Assembly: GCA_977018835.1 (NCBI GenBank) | Contig: OZ361261.1 | Coordinates: 992,001-1,056,000 of the forward strand | Direction: 5' to 3' | Length of the DNA stretch: 64,000 bases | DNA from: Minutocellus sp. GHC0000111 | Taxonomy: Eukaryota | Shown: in pieces, positions 23,799-34,080 of the stretch | Numbering within the stretch: position 1 is the first letter of the stretch | Layout: each line of letters begins with the position of its first letter | Notes under the pieces: model-generated | Seen by the model: the letters and a program-made list of their open reading frames with translations, nothing else | Database searches by the model: none | Told to the model about the DNA's origin: nothing | Translations under genes and position numbers: made by a program

Positions 23799-25080
23799 AT
23801 GATCCCCAGAATACGCTCCAACCCGAGCAGCTCCAATACCAAGTCGAACAGAACTTCGGAGGGGCGCGACGAGGATGAGGATGCCAGCATGAAGCGACGG
23901 ACCAGCGCTGCGGTCGAAGACGACGAAACGCTTTTAAGCCTCGTCGATGCCATCGTCGTGGAGGACTGGGACCGAGTCGAGGAAACTCTAGACCTTGATT
24001 CCACCTCTGCTGAGCGATGGACCAAGGTGCCGTGTTTCGTAGATTGCAGAGGAGCCTCGACGGTCCTTCCCATCCACGTGGCCAGTTCGACGTATGTTCC
24101 GCCTGCCATCTTTAGCCGCATCCTCAAGGCATATCCCGAGGGCGTCAAGGAAAAGGAAAGTGGCTTCGGTCGACTACCTCTTCATCTCGCATGTCGCAGC
24201 GATCCCTCCTTTGATGTCGTTTGGTCCCTTGTCATGGCATGTCCCGACGCAACTCGGATATCAGACAACATGGGGAGGCTACCCCTCAGTTACGCCATCC
24301 GATTTGGGGCCAGTGAGGACATCATATCGTTCCTCCTTTCGATCAATCCACTCGCCGCACAGCATTACGACCGAGCAGGTTGGTTGCCTCTACATCTCGC
24401 TCTGCAGAATGCAAGTTCTCCCGATGGTCATTGATGCCTACCCCGCAGCGACGGGCAAGGCGACGGCTACGGGCATGTCTTCTGTATCCATAATGCACAT
24501 GTCCAGGAAGCATGGGCCGGTCGAGAGGTCTCAGATTCTAGACCTTCTAGGCAAGCATCATCACAACAAGTCCGGGTCATCGACTGACCGTGCGTCTGGA
24601 CCTGAGAGCCCGCCCATCCCTCCATCGGCACCGTGCACACCCAAGACATCGAACTACAACCTCAAACGCTGCCTTGATGCTGCAGACAAGGCCCAGTCTG
24701 TCCCTCACCTATACTCTGGACAGCACCATCTGTCACCGACATGTGTCAGCAATATGCTCAACGAGGACATGGCGCGCATGACTCTCTTTGCCGGCGGTTC
24801 GCCCATTTCATCGCCGCCTTCATCGCCGCCGACTTCTCCTCGCGGCACTGTTGGCAAGTCTTCCCCCTCAATCAAGCGATCACCGCACCTCAAGCGAGCA
24901 ACCTCCAGGCGCCTTCCTCTGATACCCCGCCTGGCTCTAAGGCGGCCCGCGAGGCAGTCGGTCATGGTCGAGTCCACCTCAAGCCCCCACCTGGAGCTCA
25001 ATCGAACCCCTGGCCATTCCACCATGGCTGGAGATATCACCACGACGAATTGGGCCGCTGACAACCATGAGATCCATTAG
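23799..25080 (+). CDS. Ankyrin-like (LPLH) repeat protein, frameshifted near 24420
   Basis: Repeats VLPIHVA, RLPLHLAC, RLPLSYA and WLPLHLA. The repeat tail MVIDAYPAA lies in the second frame (ORF 24094-25080). Confidence 0.7.
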
Positions 25081-25351
25081 TGTTATCAGTATATGTTTCT
25101 TCTCGCAGAGTATCAAAAGATTAGTGTCTAGTATTGTATATAATATGATTGTATTATTTATGTGGAAAGATAAATTAAGAGCGAAACTTTCCCCTCCATC
25201 CATTATGAACAGTGATTCATTTGTGTCCCTAGCTACGTTGTTTGCTACGTCGTAGCTACGTAGCTAGCTAGCTAGCTAATCGTTTCAGTGCGTAACAATG
25301 AATAAGAATAACCACAACTTACCGGCTAGACCTAGAGAAGAACTTAGTTTG

Positions 25352-26605
25352 CTAACTGCTCATCATCTTCCACTCATTAGGCTGCCCCTCTCTGGAAGAT
25401 CGTTTGTACAACAATACCTTTCTGCCATCCACTGGTCCGAATATGTCTTTGACATTGTTATCTTTCATGAAAGTTAGAGATGCACGCACTTGATCGCAAT
25501 AGCCGACCTCTTCTACGTCTGGACTGGTGGAGGTTTCCTTCAACAGTTCTTGATCCGTAAGAGAGCACAGGTACAAAAAGTCTTCATTCCACTCAAAGTC
25601 AAATGGATACACAACAATTTGATTTGAGAAAGGAGTATGGATGGAGCAAAGCCGAGGCGACTGGCCAAAAGGCGCAGACCACAAGCGGCAGTTCCTCAGG
25701 ACCGCAGCAGGACCCGCCACTGCTTCGTCAACACTTGCCAAAAACGTATCCCCGCTCTCGATGCAGATGGCAAAGCCCCGTCCCACGGGAGCTCGAGATC
25801 CGTCGTCATTGAGATCGCTGACGAAGCATGTTTTTGCAATCATATCGATGTGTTGTTTCTCCTGTCGATCGATCAACGCCAGTACATGCAACAGATGTTC
25901 CGTAAGTGCTTCACTTGATCCCTTCTTATCGTTGAAACCCCCAACGAGATGAACTTCTAGTCTGATCTTATTCCCGACTCCATGATACCTCTTGTGCACT
26001 TCTACCATGCCCTGGATGCAGGATATGTACCCCGGTTGATCAATGTGGGCGACACTGGCCAATGTTGCACTTCTGGAACTTCCTTTGCCCTCACCACCGC
26101 CACCATCAATTGTTTTGCTTCGAAGGGCGAGGATGTGGCATGTCGTGGCCTTATCGCTCACCAAAATATCAGCCTGCTCCGCCGTGGCGTGGGCCACTTC
26201 TCCCTGCAAAACGTTGATAATCCGTCGCGAGTCAGACTTGTTGAGATGTACAGGAGGTTTCGACTTGAGTTCTTGTATCGACTCCACAACGGAAGGTATC
26301 TGTTGGAGGTAGTCGGTCACAGATAGAAAGTTCGGATTGTTATCAGATGATGATGCGGAAGGCGAAGATGACGAAGACGAAGACGAAGAGGACGAAGAGG
26401 ACGAGGAGGCCACGAATTCGGCCACCAGTTTTCTTCGCTTGTGATCGCGGCTGTCGTCATCGGAACTACTGCTATCTCGCTCCGGTACCCCCCTCTTGCT
26501 TCCAGCCTTGGGTGTTGATGATCTAATGAACAGCGTCTTTATGTTGTTGAAGACCTTCGAAGCCCTCTTTGCAGCGGCGGACTTCATCGACTTCATCTTG
26601 TTCAT
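25352..26605 (-). CDS. NTAN1: Protein N-terminal asparagine amidohydrolase (copy 1)
   Basis: NVLQGE, SDKATTCHILALR, AHID, HLVGGFND, GRGFAI and TSTSPDVE motifs. Confidence 0.85.
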   Translation of the reverse strand: MNKMKSMKSAAAKRASKVFNNIKTLFIRSSTPKAGSKRGVPERDSSSSDDDSRDHKRRKLVAEFVASSSSSSSSSSSSSSSPSASSSDNNPNFLSVTDYLQQIPSVVESIQELKSKPPVHLNKSDSRRIINVLQGEVAHATAEQADILVSDKATTCHILALRSKTIDGGGGEGKGSSRSATLASVAHIDQPGYISCIQGMVEVHKRYHGVGNKIRLEVHLVGGFNDKKGSSEALTEHLLHVLALIDRQEKQHIDMIAKTCFVSDLNDDGSRAPVGRGFAICIESGDTFLASVDEAVAGPAAVLRNCRLWSAPFGQSPRLCSIHTPFSNQIVVYPFDFEWNEDFLYLCSLTDQELLKETSTSPDVEEVGYCDQVRASLTFMKDNNVKDIFGPVDGRKVLLYKRSSREGQPNEWKMMSS

Positions 26606-26772
26606 CTTGCACGAACCAAAATGAGAAAAACAATAAATGAGGTCAGTTGCCGTCCGTTCGTCGGCCGCTCTCTCGTCTGCTCAAGAGCTCAAGAAGTCAA
26701 GAAGTCAAGAAGCACATGCTCGAACGCAAATGATAAGACGAAGAGAAGCAAAGGCAAGAATAGTTGGCTGTT

Positions 26773-27175
26773 ATGTCCCTCAGACGACCACCGACGCGCG
26801 TCGAGCTAAAGGCCGATGATATCATTGAATACGAGGAGGTGGGTTGGCTGCGATGGTCGCGTTGGTCATGAAAGTTAGAGTTTTTTTTCATTGCATTGCA
26901 GTATGTGTTTTACTCAAATGCATCTCAAAATTAATTGTTGTTCCCACTCCATTTCCCATCCCATTATGGTTACCATGATGGCTTAGATAATGCGAGAGCG
27001 TGAGATAGCGGTGGCGGATGCGGCGGCAAAGACCGGGGCGACTGGTGGTGGCGGCGGCAGTGGTGTAAATGACAGTGCATTTTCGTCAAAGGTCGGCGGA
27101 GGAACGGGTGCAACGCCATCCACAGGAGCGAAGCGGAAGGCGACAATTGCCCAACGCATTGGAGCACCGCGGTGA
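26773..27175 (+). CDS. CDC26: Anaphase-promoting complex subunit CDC26 (exons 26773-26838, 26987-27175)
   Basis: Exon 1 encodes MSLRRPPTRVELKADDIIEYEE, matching the conserved CDC26 N-terminus (MLRRxPTRxELxxDDIxE). A GT..AG intron joins it in frame to ORF 26990-27175. Confidence 0.85.
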
Positions 27176-27405
27176 TAAAGAGATGTTTGGGAAAGAAGAG
27201 ATTTTCCTTTCGGATCGACGCAGTATCTTGAATCTGAAATGTCCCTACCAGATCAGCCTTTGCTACGTAGGAAAAGACGGAGTTGTTTCGTTTGATAAAG
27301 AAAGCAAATACAAATCGGGTACATACAGCATAGCAGCATTGCTTAGTAGTATTAATTTTGCACAACTTCCTCTCCCGTGATGCAGAATAGTGAGGCTTCG
27401 GCAAG

Positions 27406-28172
27406 CTAGAAGAGCAAGTTTTCTGGATTGTTCAGGTCGATATTCCCAGGCAAAGCATCCGACACCTCAGTGAAGCTACCGGTGCCCTGAATACCGGCCA
27501 CTTGGCCCAGCCAGCCAGGTCCAAGGATAGCATTCATTGACAAAAAGAATACACATGCTGCGCCAAGAATATACGTGAATATGTTGATCCCAAGGAGCTG
27601 CATCCACCAATGTTGCGGTCGTCGTGTGCGATGCAGGCAAATGAGTGATACTTTTGATGAGATGCTTTGAGTGTATTTTACAGTGAATATGTTCAGACCA
27701 GAATGTAATGTGGAAACAAATGTAACTGTTTCCTAAGCTCGGGCATAATTGAACCTACCTCCTTCATGATTGATAATTCGGACGGCGCTCCTGCCTCAAT
27801 GTCTTCCCAAGTCTTGTCTGGTAGTGTGTCATCTCCCAGGCCAACCATTTGCATCGGCTCCTCCTCGATGTCAGATTGATTGGCCAGCATTCGGATGCGC
27901 CGCCGACTCCATTGCGACATGCTATCATCCCAACCGCCATTTTTATTTTGAAAAGAGCATATTGCTATACGCTTTGTGCATTTGGCTCTAGCTTCTCCAT
28001 TCGCCAGGGAGGTGAAGCACCGGTTCGTCAACGATGAGGAGGAGCGAGGTTTCCGTCCAAATTTTATGTTTGCCGTGTCGCATGACCGGCCGACCGCAAA
28101 GGCGCTGCAGCTCCCCGCACATATGCAGGAGGCAAAAAATAATAAAGGGAGGGAAGAGGAGCGGTTGGTCAT
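27406..28172 (-). CDS. Plastid-targeted single-pass membrane protein of unknown function (exons 28172-27759, 27597-27406)
   Basis: Signal ending CSA-F. A GTAGGT..CAG intron gives IMKE|LLGINIFTYIL..NAILGPGWLG. Confidence 0.75.
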
Positions 28173-28726
28173 GCTCGTTGTGGGATTAATTTGGCTGGCG
28201 GCGAGGATGGCATCGGCATCTGCCATCTCCAGCTCTGCCTGTGCTTCTGCGCACTCACTCAGCGCAGCACAGTTCCAAGTTCTGCATGTCGGGGAAATCA
28301 AAAAGGGGAAGCCCCTTGGGTCTAGGTCGTGCCTGAACCCTGAAATGGCTGTGTTTGAAAGGAGAATCAAAGCAGCAAATAAGAACCTAAATCCATGTAA
28401 AAATACTAACGACGACAATATCTACTAACTAGATGCAACATGTGATCAATACATACTATTACATGTAGACTACGAATGAAATGTACATAAAATAATACAA
28501 TACGTTAGACATGTTCAACTCTACATGTACCACCAGCAGAGCTCTACCGGTCGGTAGCACCCCTACTTGCTCCTACAATGCTATCTACAAACGACTGTCC
28601 CTGCACTTGTTGAATCGTAGCTTGGGTCTAGAGAATGTTGTCCTGCGCCCTGCTTGAATCACTAGAGAAGCTTCTTCCCTGATACATGTAACAGCTGTGT
28701 AATTCCGCTGCTAGTACAAATTTATT

Positions 28727-30577
28727 TTATTTATATAAGCGCCACACAAATCCTATCACTTCGAGCATTTCTATCCGCTCTGGTTCGTTCGTCATTGATG
28801 ACTGTTTGCCCTCCTGTTTGTTGCGATACTGACTTCGCTGAGTGGACACCCATAGCCCTAGCTGCTTGTGATCCTTGTCTCCATACATGTAAGGCACATT
28901 GCAATGGTGGTGCTCCTCCTTGTATTCGATCAGCTTGTCGTACATTTCGAGCCAGTCTGCCTTTTTCTTGTTCCATACAAATCCAATCTTTTCGAGCATT
29001 TCTATCCGCTCCGGTTCGTTCGTCATGGCTGACTGTGTGCCCTTCTTGAGGCGGGCATAATCCGCTCGCTGATTGACCACCCATTGCCCTAGCTGCTTGT
29101 GATCCTTGTCACCCTTAGACACATTGCAATGGTGGTGCTCCTCCTTGTATTCGACCAGCTTGTCGTACATTTCGAGCCAGTCTGCCTTATTCTTGTTCCA
29201 TACAAATCCAATCTTTTCGAGCATTTCTATCCGCTCCGGTTCGTTCGTCATGGCTGACTGTGTGCCCTTCTTGAGGAGGGCATATGCCTTGCGCTGACTC
29301 TTTACCCATAGCCCTAGCTGCTTGTGATCCTTGTCACCCTTAGACACATTGCAATGGTGGTGCTCCTCCTTGTATTTGATCAGCTTGTCGTACATTTCGA
29401 GCCAGTTTGCCTTATTCTTGTTCCATACAAATCCAATCTTTTCGAGCATTTCTATCCGCTCCGTTGTCATGGGCGAATACTTGCCTTCATGCTTATTGCG
29501 ATAAATCCTGCGCTGATTGGCCACCCATTCCCCAAGCTGCTTGTGATCCTTGTCACCCTTAGACACATTGCAGTGATGGTGCTCTTCCTTGTATTGCCGT
29601 AACGCTCGGTACTGGCGATCCCACTGCTCGCCACAGTACTTCTCAACATCGTCGAATTTCTCAGTGTATGCGGGGGCTACTCTCACACCGAAAGCGCCAC
29701 CAGGATATCTCTTGCAGCGAAATGGCGACACGCCATTTGACTTGTAGGGAAACAGCATTCGTCCAGCTCCTTTGGGCGTTGCAACCGTCGGCGCGAGAGA
29801 GTCGCCTCGGCCATCGTCGAATTGACGTACCACTTCGGTAGACCATTCCAGCACAACATGTCGATCAGTGCCCATGAGACTCATGTCGACTTCCGCACCA
29901 TCGGGAATTTCGCTGAGTGGAAAGTCTTGATCGTCCATGCGGGTAGACAAAGTAGTATCATCGTCGTCTTGGCGGCGGTATGGGTGGAATGTGCTGTCAT
30001 CCTGGCTGGGAGCGTTGGTCCAACCAGTTGCAGACGCGGAGGCAGCAGCAGCGGCGGCGGCGGCAGCACCTGTACCGCCGGTAGCACTGATGTTACTAGC
30101 AGTTTGGCCATGCTTGCAGCTCGACTTACGGCTCGATTTGCAGCGCGATTTGGACGGAGGCTGCTTGGTAGGATTACTAGATGGTTCGGGCGGCTTGCGC
30201 TTCTTCGGAGAGCGGAGTAGAAGCTCGGCCTGGCCGTCGTCGGCACCAGACTCGTATTCCGAATCTTCGTCGGGATCGCCATCTCCTTCTTTGCCCGAGA
30301 CGCTGATCTTCGGCGGCTCGCAGCCGTATCGTTTGTAGCAGCCGCTCGATGTGCGCGTCGGGTTGCAATCGGCGCACGTCGCAGTTTGCTTGCCCTGGCC
30401 ATTTACTTCAACGACGTAGCAGCGGCGGTTGAAGAGCTGGTTGCATTTATGGCAGTTCACCTTGCCTTCGAGGCGGCAACCGCACGCGCAATCGGTCGGA
30501 CCCGCGCCAGTATGGTCACTGCCGCCGGGGGCATATTTATGCTGATCGTGCTTTGTGTTGCTGCTGCTGCTGCTCAT
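28727..30577 (-). CDS. Helicase-associated (HA) domain repeat protein with an N-terminal Cys-rich zinc-finger-like region
   Basis: Four W..MY..L..YKEEHHHCNV..LGxWVxxQR..ERIEMLEKIGFVW units. The N-terminal CACGC..CHKC..C..CADC is PHD-like. Confidence 0.9.
   Translation of the reverse strand: MSSSSSNTKHDQHKYAPGGSDHTGAGPTDCACGCRLEGKVNCHKCNQLFNRRCYVVEVNGQGKQTATCADCNPTRTSSGCYKRYGCEPPKISVSGKEGDGDPDEDSEYESGADDGQAELLLRSPKKRKPPEPSSNPTKQPPSKSRCKSSRKSSCKHGQTASNISATGGTGAAAAAAAAASASATGWTNAPSQDDSTFHPYRRQDDDDTTLSTRMDDQDFPLSEIPDGAEVDMSLMGTDRHVVLEWSTEVVRQFDDGRGDSLAPTVATPKGAGRMLFPYKSNGVSPFRCKRYPGGAFGVRVAPAYTEKFDDVEKYCGEQWDRQYRALRQYKEEHHHCNVSKGDKDHKQLGEWVANQRRIYRNKHEGKYSPMTTERIEMLEKIGFVWNKNKANWLEMYDKLIKYKEEHHHCNVSKGDKDHKQLGLWVKSQRKAYALLKKGTQSAMTNEPERIEMLEKIGFVWNKNKADWLEMYDKLVEYKEEHHHCNVSKGDKDHKQLGQWVVNQRADYARLKKGTQSAMTNEPERIEMLEKIGFVWNKKKADWLEMYDKLIEYKEEHHHCNVPYMYGDKDHKQLGLWVSTQRSQYRNKQEGKQSSMTNEPERIEMLEVIGFVWRLYK
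28740..29625. repeat. About 4 near-identical tandem coding repeats with a 225-bp period
   Basis: ttccatacaaatccaatctt recurs at 28971, 29196 and 29421 (75-aa unit). Confidence 0.9.
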
Positions 30578-30896
30578 CGTATCCTCCTCGTGCGTAGCTT
30601 CACAGGCCGAGCATGAGAACTGGACCGTTGTATGTCTGAAAATAAGCATTCCATGAACAGGTTATTTCTCATCGCTGGCCGGCTCCTTTCTCTTGATATT
30701 TTTGTATACAATATTTTTCGACCACCACCTCAGCGTTGAACGGATGGCTGTCGATAATTTTCTTTCTCTGCGCTTGCTATCCATACTAGGCCTAGAGTAG
30801 TAGGCTACCTAGCCTAGGTACCTAGGTATCAAGACGCTTTCAAGACGCACATGGCCATTCTGATATCCCAACCTCTTTCCTTCCTTTTGCGCCAGC

Positions 30897-33800
30897 ATGC
30901 CCAATAACAAAACCACGCGATCAGGAGGCAGAAGTTCTCGCCGCTCGGCGGACCGGGACGACGAGCGCACCTCTTCCTCTCCTCCCAACAGAAACAGCAT
31001 ATCAATTGCCTACTCCTACGACTCCGTCCCTCGAGACGATGATGCTGCAGCCGTCGCTGCCGCTGCCGCGGCGGCCGCCCCCTCCAGCGTCTTTCGCTCT
31101 GGCAATGCCGCCGGCGCGAGCAATTTATACTCTCCCGACGATGGCCTGCCGATTCCAGGGCACGGCCGCCGGACCGACAACCTCCCAACCCCACACCGCT
31201 ACGACTTTAATCATGAAGCAGCGAGCGCTCTCGCAGGAGCAATGGCACGTGATACGCCAAGTGGCGTGACCGGTGCCGAATCATTTCCGACGGGGCACAT
31301 CAACACCGAGCCGGCATACTTTGCAGCTGCCCTTGCCGCCGAATCCGAAGTGAACAATACTGATCCCTCTGCTGTTGAAGCCGCTGCTGCCGCTGCCAAC
31401 GAAATCCAGCATGAGGCAAGTTTGTCTGCTCATATTGCCGACCTGGCCGCTGAACATGCAGAGATGGAGGAAGAGGAGGAAACAGGACAGCCCCCAGCAA
31501 AGAGGTCCGCTCCGAACCAAGAGGAGCACTATTACAGTAGTGGCGGCGACGGTGGCTTTCCTCTTCCCGACAGCGACGGAGATGGCGAAGGTGGTGGCCC
31601 AGAGCATGAGATGCATGCTGGTGCTGGTGGGACCAGAACCACCGCCGCCGCGGCCGCAGCTATCCCCACTGGCGGGGGAGGGGCGATGGAGCTCGATGCC
31701 GCTGGTCGAATGATTGCCGAGCAAATGGAAGAAGAAAACAACAACGGCCGTGGTGCGGCAAGCGACGATGAGAGTGAGGTCTCGGCTATCGACGATGATG
31801 AAAGGTATGGAAAACATGACCACATTATATGCTGTGAATGCCGGTCTGTCCGACTGCTTCGTGGTGGAATTCACGACAATATGTACGATGAAGGATTCCT
31901 CTTATGGATTCAAGGGCAGCAAGAAACAGGAGAGAAAATATGCTGCGAGGATGTTTTTCGATCCTGCGACGAATACGAGGACAGTCTCGACATGGGTGTT
32001 TGTTCGGATGATTCTTCGGTAGAAATTGCGAGTGACAACAATGGTGACAATACTAGTAACGATGGCGATGACGACGATGATGAATACGAAGAGTCAAGTG
32101 AAGATGATGAGAATTATGCAGCCAAAAACCGACACTGTCGCCAAAGGGCGGCTCGTCGGCGCCCGAACCGAAGCGCCCCCCCCCGAACTACGAAAGGTGT
32201 GACTCCCATGCCTATTTTATGGGAGTCCAAAACAATCTCAAGCAATATGACTTACTGAAATGCGGAAATATGAAGATAGTAGAGTTTGATGGAGTTGAGC
32301 GTCTTGTTCGAATCGATGACTGCCCCAAGGTCCCTCAGCTCCCTCCAGGATATCATTTGATGGGAGGGAATTTGATGACGAGGCAGAAGCGAATGATTGA
32401 TCCCCTCGTCAGCGACAGGGCTGCACTACAGGCGTATCACCGTCGAACCAATAAGGGAAGAGCCCTGCCGACCCTCAGGTGCAGGCGAGAAGGATGGAGA
32501 AATGTGGTCCCAACTTTTGAAGAGATGATTGCAGTGTTCGGCCCTGAAATGCAGAGACTAAGAGAGGAAATGGTCAATCTCGCTGCAAATCTTCCAGATG
32601 GATATCAGCCTTTGGCGTATGGCGGTGCTTCAGGTCGTGGAAAGAATGCAAGACTGAAAGAAATGATGGACTTTATCAATTCATATATTTTTGGCAACAT
32701 GTCTCGTGATCTTGGGCTAGTTCGTCACCCGCGGGGACGCACCTTTCGCTTCCGAATGCAAAAAAACACATTTGATGACAGAGGGGAGCACCTTCGAGAA
32801 ATCGAAAAGGCTTGGCTGAATGGCCTCGAACGATACCTACGAGAAGAGTTTGGTTTATGTACTTTTCTTGTAAACAAATTGGGTGGAGGTGGTGGCGGAT
32901 ATGCCAATTCTGGTACCATGGGGGCGATGGATTTTTATGTTGAGTTGGTTATTTGGTTTGAATACCTTCCAGATTTTGATGCCGAAAAAACAAAAAAGAA
33001 TGTGAATATTGAAAGCTTCCGAAACGACTTTTTGGACCATGCCCAATTTGTCGGGCTCAAAGTGCCAAGTGGATTTTCAATACGTAGCCGAGGAGTCGGT
33101 CGTAATTGAGATGGAACTATCGAGGGTCGATGCTGCCGAAACCACGCGATATCGATACATCAGGATTGCGTCGAGGAAATTGTAATTAGGGGAGAGCTTG
33201 TTGGATATCAGTGGAAGAAAAGCGGGCTTCGACAACACCATTGCAGGCCTTCGGAACGAAACGATCCTTCACTGAAAATCAAAATCGGCTGTCCTCGTTG
33301 TAAGAAGCTCAAGGTGGGAAGGCGCAAGGGCGCATACAGTTACAAACACATAACTATCGTGCGGGCAATATGGAGAAGCGAAAGTGGAAATGGTGAGCCA
33401 GTTCTGTGGACTAATCCTTGTTTTCGAGCCTTGAACCATGATGAGCAGGAAGAGGCAAAACGAATACTTGAGAATTCATTGGCTCAGACGGGCACTGCAG
33501 CTGATGTGGAGGATGACGATAACGGGGCGGCTGGAGGAGACGATGATGAAATTCAACCATGTCGAAGAGAAGAAGAAAAGCAAGACGGTGGAGTCCATGA
33601 ACTTGGCTTTTGGGAGCAACACAGTGAAAATTAATCCTAAAATTATGATCAACATCTGCCAAGTCATAAGCCATAATATTGAGCACGGAATTTCGACGGA
33701 GCGATCTTGCGTTTTCTCGATTCTTTGATCGGCGACCGCTCTACTATGCTTGTCGCAATGGGCACACGGCGGTCGTTCAAAGACTCGTGGATGCTGGGGC

Positions 33801-33936
33801 TTATGACCTAGATCATCCTCATATGTGCATGTCAGTTGCGGCCAATGGAGCAATTCGACGACTAATCGACGATGCTAATGGTTCGCTGACATTAAGAGAT
33901 CTTTTTCAAGCCTACCTACTCACGAGAACTGAATAA
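30897..33936 (+). pseudogene. Interrupted gene: acidic low-complexity N-terminus, GIY-YIG-like segment, Cys-rich segment and C-terminal ankyrin repeat
   Basis: Frameshift near the C-run at 32175-32184. The TGA at 33107-33109 is in frame and the frame stays open to 33634. There are further shifts before RPLYYACRNGHTAVVQRLVDAGA (ankyrin). Confidence 0.55.
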
Positions 33937-34080
33937 AGAATGTGAAAGATGAATATCTCGAGGTAAATATTTGTACAGTATATAAGCTAAATTGTCTTAT
34001 GAAATTGGATCCTTCGTGCATTCTTTCAACATACAGGCTACGTCGGACCTTCTCCCGTCCATGAATTACTCGCATTTCAA

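Noticed and set aside
28740..29625. Regular repeats as a CRISPR array
   Set aside because: They are 225-bp in-frame coding HA units with no unique spacers and no cas genes, in a eukaryotic context.
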